DNA of 31,276 nt, taken from IMG/VR virus record IMGVR_UViG_3300031647_000035, positions 1 to 31,276 of that record; one strand, given 5' to 3'. This stretch comes from a virus. Taxonomy: Duplodnaviria; Caudoviricetes. Below, in pieces: positions 1 through 10,000 of this stretch (the stretch's first letter is position 1; each line of letters starts with the position of its first letter). Under the pieces are notes generated by a model, which had not been told where the DNA came from, did not search any database, and saw nothing but the letters and a program-made list of their open reading frames with translations. Both the position numbers and the translations under genes were made by a program.

Positions 1-235
1 TCAAGCAGAAGTAATGCGGGCTTTTTCCGTTTTCCTACAACAGGTTAGTAACCCGGGACCTTGGCAAGCATCTGATTTGACGTTGCCAAACCTGCAAACC
101 GACAACTTTAAATTACCCTTGGGCGGGCTGTTTCAGTACGGCGATGAACTTCGCATTACTGTAGCTAATATGCCCTATCTCAGAGGGTCTCAAGCGACAG
201 GAGCCGTGGGCCAAGTCTCGGTAACAATATCATGA
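1..235 (+). CDS. 5'-truncated phage hypothetical protein, probably virion/tail associated
   Basis: Open frame from the window edge to TGA 233-235, ending ATGAVGQVSVTIS; ATGA overlap with next ORF; lies in the structural block. Confidence 0.6.
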   Translation, partial: QAEVMRAFSVFLQQVSNPGPWQASDLTLPNLQTDNFKLPLGGLFQYGDELRITVANMPYLRGSQATGAVGQVSVTIS

Positions 236-408
236 CAGACAACATCTTTTGCGGCACGTGTAACAACAACGCCGTTTTGCCCGCGGAACACATTACTTTT
301 GAGGGAGAAACGTGTCCTCAATGTGGTTCTTCGTGGACGGGAGACGAGAAGCAAAGTACAATTGTGGAGGTTACCATGCCTGACAGCATCACTGGTGGAG
401 TGGGATAA
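232..408 (+). CDS. Small zinc-ribbon protein (58 aa), not in ORF track
   Basis: MTDNIFCGTC...ETCPQCGSSW...GGVG*; two CxxC pairs; ATGA and TAATG coupling to both neighbours. Confidence 0.75.
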   Translation: MTDNIFCGTCNNNAVLPAEHITFEGETCPQCGSSWTGDEKQSTIVEVTMPDSITGGVG

Positions 409-2432
409 TGGCTAAGTTAGCAAAAAAAGCCTTAGAGGTCGAAGTCATCGAAGATGATTTGGAAGAAGAGCTAGAGGAAGAGCTAGAGGAAGAGCTAGAA
501 GATCTAGACGACGCCGAAGAAGAAACCGAAGACGACGCCGAAGCAAAACTGGACGTTCCAGAAGGCGGTATTGCTGACCTTGTCATGGACGATGATGAGA
601 TTGACGAAATATACGGCGAAAAAGCCTCTGATTTTGGTGATGTTGGCATAGCACAATTTCCTGCTTTAGCTGAAAGAATGGCTAAATACGGACGTAACGA
701 AGACAAGTTCCTTGCTCACGTTGCCGCTGGTGAGCTTGTTATTCCTTTCCAGTTCCTTAAAGACGAAGCGATAAAGAAAAGAATCTTTGACGTTTTAGAA
801 GAAGCGGGGGTAGAAAACCCTGAAGCTTACGTCGTAGGTTCTGACGAAAACGATCTTAACCCCACTACAGGCCTTCCTGAATTCTTCCTTAAAAGGCTGA
901 TGAAGGGAATTAGCAGTGCTTTTAAGAGTGTTATTAATGTAATCAAGAAAATAGCACCTATTGTGCTGCCTATTGTTCTATCCATGACGCCCCTCGGACC
1001 TATCTATGGTGCGGCATTCGGTTCCGGTATAGGAACGCTGCTTGCGGGCGGGGACTTAAAAGATGCACTTAAAGCTGGACTTATCTCTGGTGCTACGGGC
1101 GCTCTTTTTAAAGGATTCTCAAAAGGTGAGCCGGGGCAATCGTTTTTTGATAAAGTTGGCGAAGGCTTTAGCGATCCGGGTGCTAGAATAGGTGCTACCT
1201 TTGAAGGTTTAACTGACGGCGCGGGCGTGAAAGGTGGTGGACCGCTAAAGTTTTTCAGGAAATTTAACCCCGGCGCTGACGCCGCCGCTATAACAAATTA
1301 TTTGGAACCGGGATCGCCGGAGTTCATTGCGCGAGAGGCTAAAGAAGCAGCGGCTGTAGAAGCTTCAACCGCCGAAGTTACGGGCGATAGTACAGATGTT
1401 ACAGATACCAATCTTGGGGCAGATGGTCTTCCTGTTGATAAAGTCGTTACAACGGACGTAACTCCCGTGAGCGCGGCCGCTGAAACTACTATTATAGGGA
1501 AGGGTCAACTTAACATAGGCCTTGACAACACACTTAAAAACCTTAGCCCTGAACAACTAGCTCAATATCAAGCTCTAAACCCCGTGGAGCAGGTCCAGTA
1601 CCTACAGCAGGTATCTGTCAATAGTACTAACCCCGGGGCAGAGGGTTTTAGCATAACAGGTGGTGATTCAGCAGGTGATGCCGTAAGTCAGACAAGTTTG
1701 CCCGCTGAAGACCCCGGGTTTCTTGAAAAGATGAGGGACAGGTTTGTCAGGGGCGGTAAAAGCAAAGACGAGTTAAACCTCTTAGGTGACAAAGCAGTCG
1801 CTAAGTACAAGGCAGCGGCTAAATTCGACGGCGTCCAAGCGACCGCCGCAGGAATAGCAGAGGCTCGTGCCGCAGTTCAACCCGGATTGTTGACTAAATT
1901 TGGGCCATCAGCGTTGGCAGGACTAGGGATAATGGGGGCAGCAGGTGGCTTTAAGGTCCCAGAACAAGAAGAAGTAGGGCTCGTAGACCGAGATAGCGAT
2001 GGTAACGTCATCACAGGTCAGGACTTGATTGATGCAGATCCCGGAAAGTATATGGTCAAAGACCTTGGTTCTCGCGTACTCAACGAAGATACGGGCGAGT
2101 ATGAAGACGCTGATCAAAGTGGGTATTATGACACCATGGTGGCGTCTCAAAGAGACTTTACCGTAGATAATCGACAGCCTTCTGTTTTTGATCGTCGCGG
2201 AGTAATGGCGGCGGCAGATGGCGGCGCTATCTATCCAAGACGAAGTGGTGGGATCATGCCTAACGAAGGTGTGGCCGGAAAAGACAGCGTTCGAGCTATG
2301 CTAATGCCCGGTGAGTTTGTAATGACAACGGATGCAGTACGCGGGCTAGGCCAAGGGAATTTAGATAGCGGCATTCAAAGCATGTATTCAGTAATGAGAA
2401 ACCTTGAGAGCCGAGGGAGGAAAACAGCGTAA
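408..2432 (+). CDS. Putative internal virion/DNA-ejection protein (674 aa) with very acidic N-terminus
   Basis: GGAG upstream; blocks LAHVAAGELVIP, NPTTGLPEFF, a Gly-rich hydrophobic segment and C-terminal GKDSVRAMLMPGEFV resemble phage internal/DNA-transfer proteins (recalled, not searched). Confidence 0.65.
   Translation: MAKLAKKALEVEVIEDDLEEELEEELEEELEDLDDAEEETEDDAEAKLDVPEGGIADLVMDDDEIDEIYGEKASDFGDVGIAQFPALAERMAKYGRNEDKFLAHVAAGELVIPFQFLKDEAIKKRIFDVLEEAGVENPEAYVVGSDENDLNPTTGLPEFFLKRLMKGISSAFKSVINVIKKIAPIVLPIVLSMTPLGPIYGAAFGSGIGTLLAGGDLKDALKAGLISGATGALFKGFSKGEPGQSFFDKVGEGFSDPGARIGATFEGLTDGAGVKGGGPLKFFRKFNPGADAAAITNYLEPGSPEFIAREAKEAAAVEASTAEVTGDSTDVTDTNLGADGLPVDKVVTTDVTPVSAAAETTIIGKGQLNIGLDNTLKNLSPEQLAQYQALNPVEQVQYLQQVSVNSTNPGAEGFSITGGDSAGDAVSQTSLPAEDPGFLEKMRDRFVRGGKSKDELNLLGDKAVAKYKAAAKFDGVQATAAGIAEARAAVQPGLLTKFGPSALAGLGIMGAAGGFKVPEQEEVGLVDRDSDGNVITGQDLIDADPGKYMVKDLGSRVLNEDTGEYEDADQSGYYDTMVASQRDFTVDNRQPSVFDRRGVMAAADGGAIYPRRSGGIMPNEGVAGKDSVRAMLMPGEFVMTTDAVRGLGQGNLDSGIQSMYSVMRNLESRGRKTA
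465..500 (+). repeat. 12-bp tandem repeat GAAGAGCTAGAG x3 encoding (EELE)3
   Basis: Read directly; third copy ends GAA. Confidence 0.9.
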
Positions 2433-4210
2433 TGCCTGAAACAACCGAACAGATTGTACGCGAAGCACCGCAGGTTGAGGCCTACAAGCTAGGTCTTCTT
2501 GCGTCAGCAAAAGATCTAGCTGACAGAGGTATTAAAATACCCCAGCAGATGGTTGCGGAAATGTCCGCGCTTCAGGTTAAAGGTACAGACCTTACTGAGC
2601 TGGGTATAGGCGGATATCAGCCCTATCTGGCAGAAGCTGGTTACACGCTGGGTGATGCTCAAGGCACAATAGGTGATGTTCAAACAGGCCTTACGGAGAG
2701 AAAAGTCGATGATGACGGAGATGGTGAGAATGATCGCATTATTACCAGCTTTGACAATCCTTTCCTGAGAGACGCCAGAAGGTTAATGCTTAACACCACT
2801 GGCGATGATGTAACCGTAGACGAGGAAGGAAACAGGATTAATGCCGGTATACCCGGTGAGATTACAACAGCTCAAACAGCTTTGCGGGCTGCGGCAGCTC
2901 AGACTCCGCAGCTTATTTCGGCCTCTCAATCGGGGTTAAACGACGCCGCCGTACAGGCAAATCAGGCTAATTTACTGTCTCAAAACACCGATGCTCGGGA
3001 AATACAACGATTTCAGCTCAACGAAGCTACACAAGCAGGCAGAAGTGATGCCGATACGGCAGGCGCGGGGGGTATTGGTGCCTATCAAACAGCCGCCGAT
3101 GACTTAACGGGTCTTACCGCAGCGGCAAGAGCGGTAGCAAATCGAGCCAGAACCGACGCGGGAACTGCTACGGGCGCTTATAACCCTTCTGCCGTAAGTC
3201 CTTTCATGGGCGCTTATGAAGACGAAGCTGTTCAAAGAGCCATGGCAGATATTCAACGGGCTGGAGACATACAACAGCAAGCCGTGGGCGCTCAAGCGGT
3301 AAGCGCCGGGGCTTTTGGCGGATCACGTCAAGCGATAGCAGAGTCAGAACTTAACCGTAATGTCTTGGATCAGCAGGCCAGAACTGCTGCGGCCATGAGA
3401 CAGCAAGGCTACCAGACAGCCGCTCAACAAGCTCAACAATCCTTTGAAGCTCAACAGGGTCGTCGATTACAAGCAGCACAACTTTCTTCTTCCACAGGTT
3501 TAAGCGCAGAGCAACTAGGTCAGTCCGGTGCGGTGTCCTCGGGACAGCTAGGACTTTCCGCGTTTGGTCAACAAGGCCAATTAGGCATGTCGTCAGAACA
3601 GATGGCCGCAGCTAACTCTCAAGCTCTGGCTCAAACAGGAATGAGCCTTCAGCAACTTGGGGTGCAGACAGGAATGTCAAACGCCCAACTAGTCGCACAA
3701 TTAACTGGTCAGCAGGCTCAGACCGCGATGGGTGGATACGCCCAGCAAGCACAGTTAGCGGGTCAGGCAGGTTCTTTGGGGATTCAGGGACAAGAGCTTA
3801 TGGGCCGTGTGGGCGAAGGCTTAGGCTCTTTAGGTACTCAATACGGTCAGCTTGGTTTAGCTAAAGCAGATGCTGAAAGTCAGCTTGGTCTACGGCAAGC
3901 GGCCCTTGGCGAATTAGGTCAAACGTTAAATCAGAAAGAAGCTGGTTTTGTGTACGATGTTGGTAAGCAGCAGCAAGGTCAGCAACAGGCAGAGCTTGAA
4001 GCAGAACGTCAAAGCAAGATGGCACAGCTCTATGAGCCATATCAGCGAGTCGGGTTCTTATCCGACATATATAAAGGTGCGCCGACTACGCAGCAGTCTA
4101 TTACGGCTGCTACGGCTCCAAGCACTTCACCTGCCCAACAAATACTTGGTTTGGGCGTAGCCGGACTGTCAGCAGCAGCCGGGGCATCAAAAGCGGGGTT
4201 ATTTGGATGA
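2432..4210 (+). CDS. Gln/Gly/Ala-rich putative DNA pilot/ejection protein (592 aa)
   Basis: GAFGGSRQA motif, long Q/A/G coiled-coil-like region with 11- and 7-residue periodicity, C-terminal Gly-rich hydrophobic tail. Confidence 0.6.
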   Translation: MPETTEQIVREAPQVEAYKLGLLASAKDLADRGIKIPQQMVAEMSALQVKGTDLTELGIGGYQPYLAEAGYTLGDAQGTIGDVQTGLTERKVDDDGDGENDRIITSFDNPFLRDARRLMLNTTGDDVTVDEEGNRINAGIPGEITTAQTALRAAAAQTPQLISASQSGLNDAAVQANQANLLSQNTDAREIQRFQLNEATQAGRSDADTAGAGGIGAYQTAADDLTGLTAAARAVANRARTDAGTATGAYNPSAVSPFMGAYEDEAVQRAMADIQRAGDIQQQAVGAQAVSAGAFGGSRQAIAESELNRNVLDQQARTAAAMRQQGYQTAAQQAQQSFEAQQGRRLQAAQLSSSTGLSAEQLGQSGAVSSGQLGLSAFGQQGQLGMSSEQMAAANSQALAQTGMSLQQLGVQTGMSNAQLVAQLTGQQAQTAMGGYAQQAQLAGQAGSLGIQGQELMGRVGEGLGSLGTQYGQLGLAKADAESQLGLRQAALGELGQTLNQKEAGFVYDVGKQQQGQQQAELEAERQSKMAQLYEPYQRVGFLSDIYKGAPTTQQSITAATAPSTSPAQQILGLGVAGLSAAAGASKAGLFG

Positions 4211-7092
4211 ACAGAGAAGTGATGGGTCGTCAGATGTTTAATCAAGGCGGAATGGTTGATCCGATGATGGATCAAGGAATGCCTATGGAGCCACCTATGG
4301 CTCCTCCGATGGGTCCTCCCGGGATGGCTGATCCAGAAATGGAGATGGCTGCTCAAGGCGCAATGGAGAACGGCCTTGATCCCGCCGAGCTGGAAGGTAT
4401 GTTATCTAACTACTCTCAGAATATGGATGACCTAGAAGGTTCTGAAAACTACGAGACTGTGATCAACACTATCCGAGGTGATGAAGCGCCTATGGAGGCG
4501 CGGTACGCGGAACTCGCTTCAATGGTTGGACCGGAGGACGCTCAAGCCACTCCTGAGTCTGTTTTAACGCTAGTTCAACCCATTATGCTGATGAATTCAA
4601 TGGATCAGGGCATAGGCAGTCTGGCTGAAGATCAGATGACAACGCCTATTGAAGGCCCTATGGCTGGCGGCATTATGTCTACAGTTGATATGGCTCCTCC
4701 GGTAGATCCTATGATGGCTCCACCCGTAGATCCTATGATGGCTCCTCCCGCGGGAGTGCCCCCTGTAAATTTTAACCAAGGTGGTGCCGTCCAGTATTTT
4801 GAGGACGCGGGAGTGGTGCTGCCTAATAGTCCAAAAACCATTGTTGATCCTTTGGGAGGCAGACTTGGGGATATCTATGGAGAAAAACAAGCTCTCTATG
4901 GTGATATTTTAGGGGTGGCAGACCAAGAAGCTGCGTTGGCAGAGCAGCAAGACATGACTAAAGCTCAAATGTTCTTCGACGTAGCACAAGGTGCCTTAGC
5001 GTTTGCTACTCCCGGAGAACGTAACATGAGCCCTGCCGAACGGTTAGCTCAAGCTTTCCAGCCCGTTTTAGGCAATATTTCTGCACGTGCAGGAGACTTA
5101 CAGAAGTTTAAGCAGGATCAAAAAAGGGAAAAGCGGGCTTTAAACCTGCAAGCCTTGGGTCAATCCGAAAATCAATTAGCTTTTGAGTTAAAAGTAGATG
5201 CAGACGCAAACGCTGCTGAAATAGAAAAAACTTGGGAAACAAAAGAAAGCGCACTGGATCGCGCCCACGAAATATTGAAGCTAGATAAGAACTTTGCTTT
5301 TACAAAGCAAGAAAACGAGACCAGCCATAGCTTTCAAATGCGCTTATCAAATCGAAAGATTGAGGCTCAAAATTTGTTACAACAGTTGCAAGGCTCCCAA
5401 AGTCAGGCTGATATTACTTTACGTGGAAGGCTTACAAACGAGTTAGCCCAACTGAACAACACCTTTAATAAGACTATGCAAAACGACAGGTTTGACTTTA
5501 GTACATCTGAACGTTTGGACACTCAAGGTTATCAAGACAATGTTCGAGCGCAACAGTTCTCTAACCAAACAGCCCTTGTTGCTTTAGAATTTGATAATTC
5601 TCAAACCGCTATAAGGCTTAAAGATACCTTAGAAAAAGAAAACATGCAGCTAGGCAGCGAGCTAAGGATTTCGGAAAACCAGCTTAACTTTGAGAACCAG
5701 CTTCAACGTGACGGGGTTCTTCACATTAACGATATTTCCAAGATGGATCACGGACATGATCAGAATCTTGCACTTTCTAGCCATCGAGGAGCTATTGAAG
5801 CTGAAGCCGCGCTTACTAAAAACACCTTTATAGCGGCAGAAAACGTACTTGAAAGAGCGTCAAAAGAAAACATACAGCTTACTGATCAAGCCTTCCGTAA
5901 GGGGATGCAAGAGGCGATGCAAGAATTTAATGCTTCTCAATCAGACATTGACAGGGCTATAAAGAAAACTGACAGGGCTTTTGATGAGGGTCTTCTATTA
6001 CGCGGAGCCGACCAGAAAGATGTGCAGATCGGGCTTTCCGAAAGAGCGCAGTTATTGGAGGAGGCTTACAAGATGGGTATGCTTGGTGTTGAGAGAATGA
6101 ACGCCACCGCAACAAAAATCGGCAGTAAGGCTAAGACAGATCAACTATCTTTTATAACTAACCCTGAAAGGATGGAAAGTTACGCAAACAAAACATTAGG
6201 CGATGACACTGCTTTATATGAGCAAGCCGTTTTGGACTACACCTCTGCTAAAAGTGAGTGGGACCCCTTAATTGGAAAATACGTTAAAGGATCAAGTAGC
6301 AAACTAAGTCCTATTGTTTTGAATAACGTAAGAAAAGGAAGCCCGGAGGTATACACTAGAATCACAGGGGAAAACTTAACCGAAGACGGGCAAGACATTG
6401 AAAAGGCTGAAGTTACTGTAATGACCGCTACGCGTGAAATAGTAAACGAAGACGGGTCTATAGATGCCAATTCTCCTGTTTGGGATAGTACAACTCCTAC
6501 TTTGTTTGACCCCACACTTGATTACTCTGAAGTTATTGGAGCCTCACGTGTTATTCCGGGTATTGGAAAAGTTATTGCTGAAGGTGCCTCTGAAATCACC
6601 GGAGGTGATGCTGGTGAAAAATCTGCACAAATGACATCAGCTCAGAAATCACTAAACACGCTTGCAAATAAAATTTTGCTGTATCAAACGTCTAACCAAG
6701 GAACAGGCAGGGTTCTGAAATTTGTGCAAGAAAAGCTTGCGGAGGAAGTAGAAAACATACGTCCCGGAGGCCTTGTTTTTAGAACCGATGCGGACGCTCA
6801 AGGTACTTTTGATACACTTGCAAATGCTTTGCTCTCGGAAATGCAAGTTGGGGCGTCCATAATTCCCGCATACGGTGGTCAGTATTCGCCGGGAGAATTT
6901 AGCCCAAAGCAAATTACTGAAGCTAAAAAAGATATGAAGCAGCTACAAAATCTTTACAACGAAGTAAGGGCTTTTCAAAAAGGATTTAAGCGTAAGCCTA
7001 CAGATCGTACTGAAAGCGTAGAGGGTCGAGACCAAACTACAGTGACAGCAAAAAACCAAATAAATGCAATGAGAAGGCGGCGAGATGACTGA
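4207..7092 (+). CDS. Large putative internal virion protein (961 aa)
   Basis: Long ORF coupled by ATGA; Met/Pro-rich N-terminus, long central coiled-coil-like region; position among internal-protein-like genes. Confidence 0.6.
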   Translation: MNREVMGRQMFNQGGMVDPMMDQGMPMEPPMAPPMGPPGMADPEMEMAAQGAMENGLDPAELEGMLSNYSQNMDDLEGSENYETVINTIRGDEAPMEARYAELASMVGPEDAQATPESVLTLVQPIMLMNSMDQGIGSLAEDQMTTPIEGPMAGGIMSTVDMAPPVDPMMAPPVDPMMAPPAGVPPVNFNQGGAVQYFEDAGVVLPNSPKTIVDPLGGRLGDIYGEKQALYGDILGVADQEAALAEQQDMTKAQMFFDVAQGALAFATPGERNMSPAERLAQAFQPVLGNISARAGDLQKFKQDQKREKRALNLQALGQSENQLAFELKVDADANAAEIEKTWETKESALDRAHEILKLDKNFAFTKQENETSHSFQMRLSNRKIEAQNLLQQLQGSQSQADITLRGRLTNELAQLNNTFNKTMQNDRFDFSTSERLDTQGYQDNVRAQQFSNQTALVALEFDNSQTAIRLKDTLEKENMQLGSELRISENQLNFENQLQRDGVLHINDISKMDHGHDQNLALSSHRGAIEAEAALTKNTFIAAENVLERASKENIQLTDQAFRKGMQEAMQEFNASQSDIDRAIKKTDRAFDEGLLLRGADQKDVQIGLSERAQLLEEAYKMGMLGVERMNATATKIGSKAKTDQLSFITNPERMESYANKTLGDDTALYEQAVLDYTSAKSEWDPLIGKYVKGSSSKLSPIVLNNVRKGSPEVYTRITGENLTEDGQDIEKAEVTVMTATREIVNEDGSIDANSPVWDSTTPTLFDPTLDYSEVIGASRVIPGIGKVIAEGASEITGGDAGEKSAQMTSAQKSLNTLANKILLYQTSNQGTGRVLKFVQEKLAEEVENIRPGGLVFRTDADAQGTFDTLANALLSEMQVGASIIPAYGGQYSPGEFSPKQITEAKKDMKQLQNLYNEVRAFQKGFKRKPTDRTESVEGRDQTTVTAKNQINAMRRRRDD
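4690..4749 (+). repeat. 24-bp tandem repeat (MAPPVDPM) x2.5
   Basis: atggctcctccggtagatcctatg / atggctccacccgtagatcctatg / atggctcctccc. Confidence 0.9.
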
Positions 7093-10000
7093 TGAATCGC
7101 TAGTAACGCTTACTTCTCCTCAATTTGAGGAGTTAATGCAAACGCAAGGCTTGACGGGAACTGTTCAAGGCGTTTTAGATATTGCTAACGAAGAGCTAGA
7201 GACGGACGGTGTACCTTTAACCTTAGATAATTTGGGAGATGGGACACACCCTCTCTTAGATAAACTTTCTCGTTACCAAGGTTTAGCGCCGGATGATCGA
7301 AAGATTAGTCAAGAAGAAGTTTTAACTCTTTTTACTAACGTAGAGGATTTTGGAAAGTATGATCCACAAGACGAAGGCTCTGCTAAATTAAGATCCGCGG
7401 CATCAGGTGCCGCTAGAGTATTGCCTGAAACAATAGGTGCTGGTGCAGGGTTTAAAGCTGGACTTGCCGCTGCGGGGACTGTGGCTGCTTTTATCCCGCC
7501 CGCGGGTCTTCCCGGTCTTGCCGCTAGAGGCCTAGTTTACGGAGTAGGTGGTTTAGGTGGATCTATCCTTGGCGCTATGGCCGCCGGTAGATTAGAAGAC
7601 GACATTGTAGGTGAGGCTGCGCCCGTACTTCCTTCGTTAGAGGCAAGTAACCGATTTGGTGAGGCTGGAACCATGGCTTTAAGCCTTTTGGCTTCGCCTT
7701 GGAAGTTGATTACCAATATACCTAAAGCTAAGACCGGAGCTATTGAGTTTTTAGAAAACTTCAAAAACATTAGTTCTGGGAAATTTGTAGACGTTGCGGA
7801 CGAAGCTTTCCAATTGTATGCAAAAAACGCAGGGTTGTCTGACAAAGCCGCTAGAAAGTTGTTTGAAACAGCGTCGAAGGCAAGACTAGCCGGAAGTAAA
7901 AAAGGTCCAATGTTTGGTGGAGGTATCGGTGTAGATATTGGGCTTTCTAGATTCAACCCGGCGGGATTTCTTTTAGATCCTAGAAAAGGTACAGGGGGGG
8001 CTCGCGTTATAGGGGGGATAGAGGGCGGCATTGAAAAGTCTATGAAATTTGCTAGAGAAAATCCAAAAACGTTCTTAGGCACAGAAGCCGCAGTTGCAGC
8101 AGGCGTCGGTACAGGGGCTGCTATAGCTCAGAATACAAAGCCCTATGACGATGACGCTAGGATTGTGGGAGAAGTACTTGGATCTTTTGTTGTACCTCTA
8201 CCGGCTCAAGTCGCTATTGATTATGCCCCAGATGCTATAAAAGGCGTTTTTAGAACAATGAAGAACTGGTGGGGAAAAGCTGAAAATTCGGGGAAAAGCG
8301 AAGGAATACTTGCCGATAGTTTAAAAAAAGACAGTGCTGAACGTATTATGACAGCGTTGCAGCGATCAGTCGAGTTTGAGGAAAGCGTAGACGCAGAAGG
8401 TAGAATAATCACTGCCGACGAAAAATTAACGAGGTTTATTAAAGATTTAGGCGAATCAGCGAAGGACCAAAAGCTCGGTGCGGACGGTAAGCCTTACACA
8501 CCGTCTGTAGCTACTCTCTCTGAAGTCGATAAGTTAGACTTTTCCCCTACTCTAAAGACTATAGAAAATGAGTTAGCTAAGTCTAGCGAAGACTTGAAAG
8601 TCGCAACAGGTCGTGGTCGAGAGGAACTTCAAGCAGGTGCCGTTAACGCTGTTCGAGCCTTAGCCTCTACAGGCGACCCAACGGCTCTAGCTTATGCAGC
8701 TAGAATTCAACAGACTCTTTTTGAGCAAAACATAGTAGACCAAATAGAAGGGCCTATTACTGATTTAACAGTAGCTGCCCGAAAAGTTGTAGGACGAGAT
8801 CTTGACGGGGGATCTAACCGCGTAGATTTATCCGAAAAGCTTTATGACGTATTAGATCAGCAAATAACGTTAAGCAAGGTTCGAGAATCGCGGCTCTGGG
8901 CAGATGTTAAAAGTTACCCTATAACCGAGTTTTACTCTAGAAACGGCAAAAGATTATCACAGCCTAATATTCTTCAATTGTTAGACAGAAGTTCTAAGAA
9001 GGGAGGATTAAGATACCCCACGAAAGGAACAAACGATTACGTTAAAGAAGCGATGGGGAAGTACAGCGCCGACATCGAAGACTTGAGAAATTACTTTCAG
9101 AACGGCACAGGTCGTAATCCTGCTAATGCGGACAGGTTTTTTGATCTAAGGTCGGGACTGTTAGAACGTGCTTCTGAATTGCGAAAAAACGGACGAATAA
9201 AACGGGCTAGAGATCTAAACAAGATGGCCGACGCCTTATTGCGAGACCTTACAGGGCAAAAGGACAACGTTTCTGAAGCTTACAACACGGCTCGCGCATA
9301 TACTTTTGCTAGGAATAACGTTTTTACTAGGACGTTTCACAGTGACTTACAAGTGGTTGATAAAAACAGAGGATTGGCTCTTGATCCGAAACAGTTATTA
9401 GACAAAGCCTTTAAAGGTAATAATTTAAGTGTTGCTAGAAGGTACGAGCAGATAAGGGCTGGAGGTCAGTTCCTTGTAGATCAAGGAGGGATGACGGCAG
9501 AAGAGGCTTTGGTGATGGATGCCGATGACCTTATGAGCAAGGCTCTAAGAGACTCGTTATCCAAAGTTATGGAAAAAAAGGTTATTAAAAACCCTGTTGC
9601 GGGCGAACTGGGGCAGGGTTTGCCTGAAGAAACTTTTGTTGTTAATCCTAAACAACTTGAGAATTGGAAAAAACAACCCGGAACTAAAGAATTGATGGCT
9701 TTAATACCGGAACTTGAGCTAGATCTAGCTGATGCGGAAACCGCACAAAAGTCTTTTAATAACATGTTAGGCGATGTTGCCAACCAAATGAGTCCTTCCA
9801 AAGCCGCAAAGGCCGGTTTTAGCGAAGAACAGATAACCCGGCTTTATGCAAATAAAGCGTTTAAAGAAGTGCTTCAGTTCGAGGACCCCGGAGAGGCCGT
9901 AACACTAGCGTTAGCATCGGAAAAACCGACTATTGCCTTGCGCGAGCTTTACCGTATGGCTGATGAAGCAAACTACAAAGATAGTGATTATACCAAAGAC

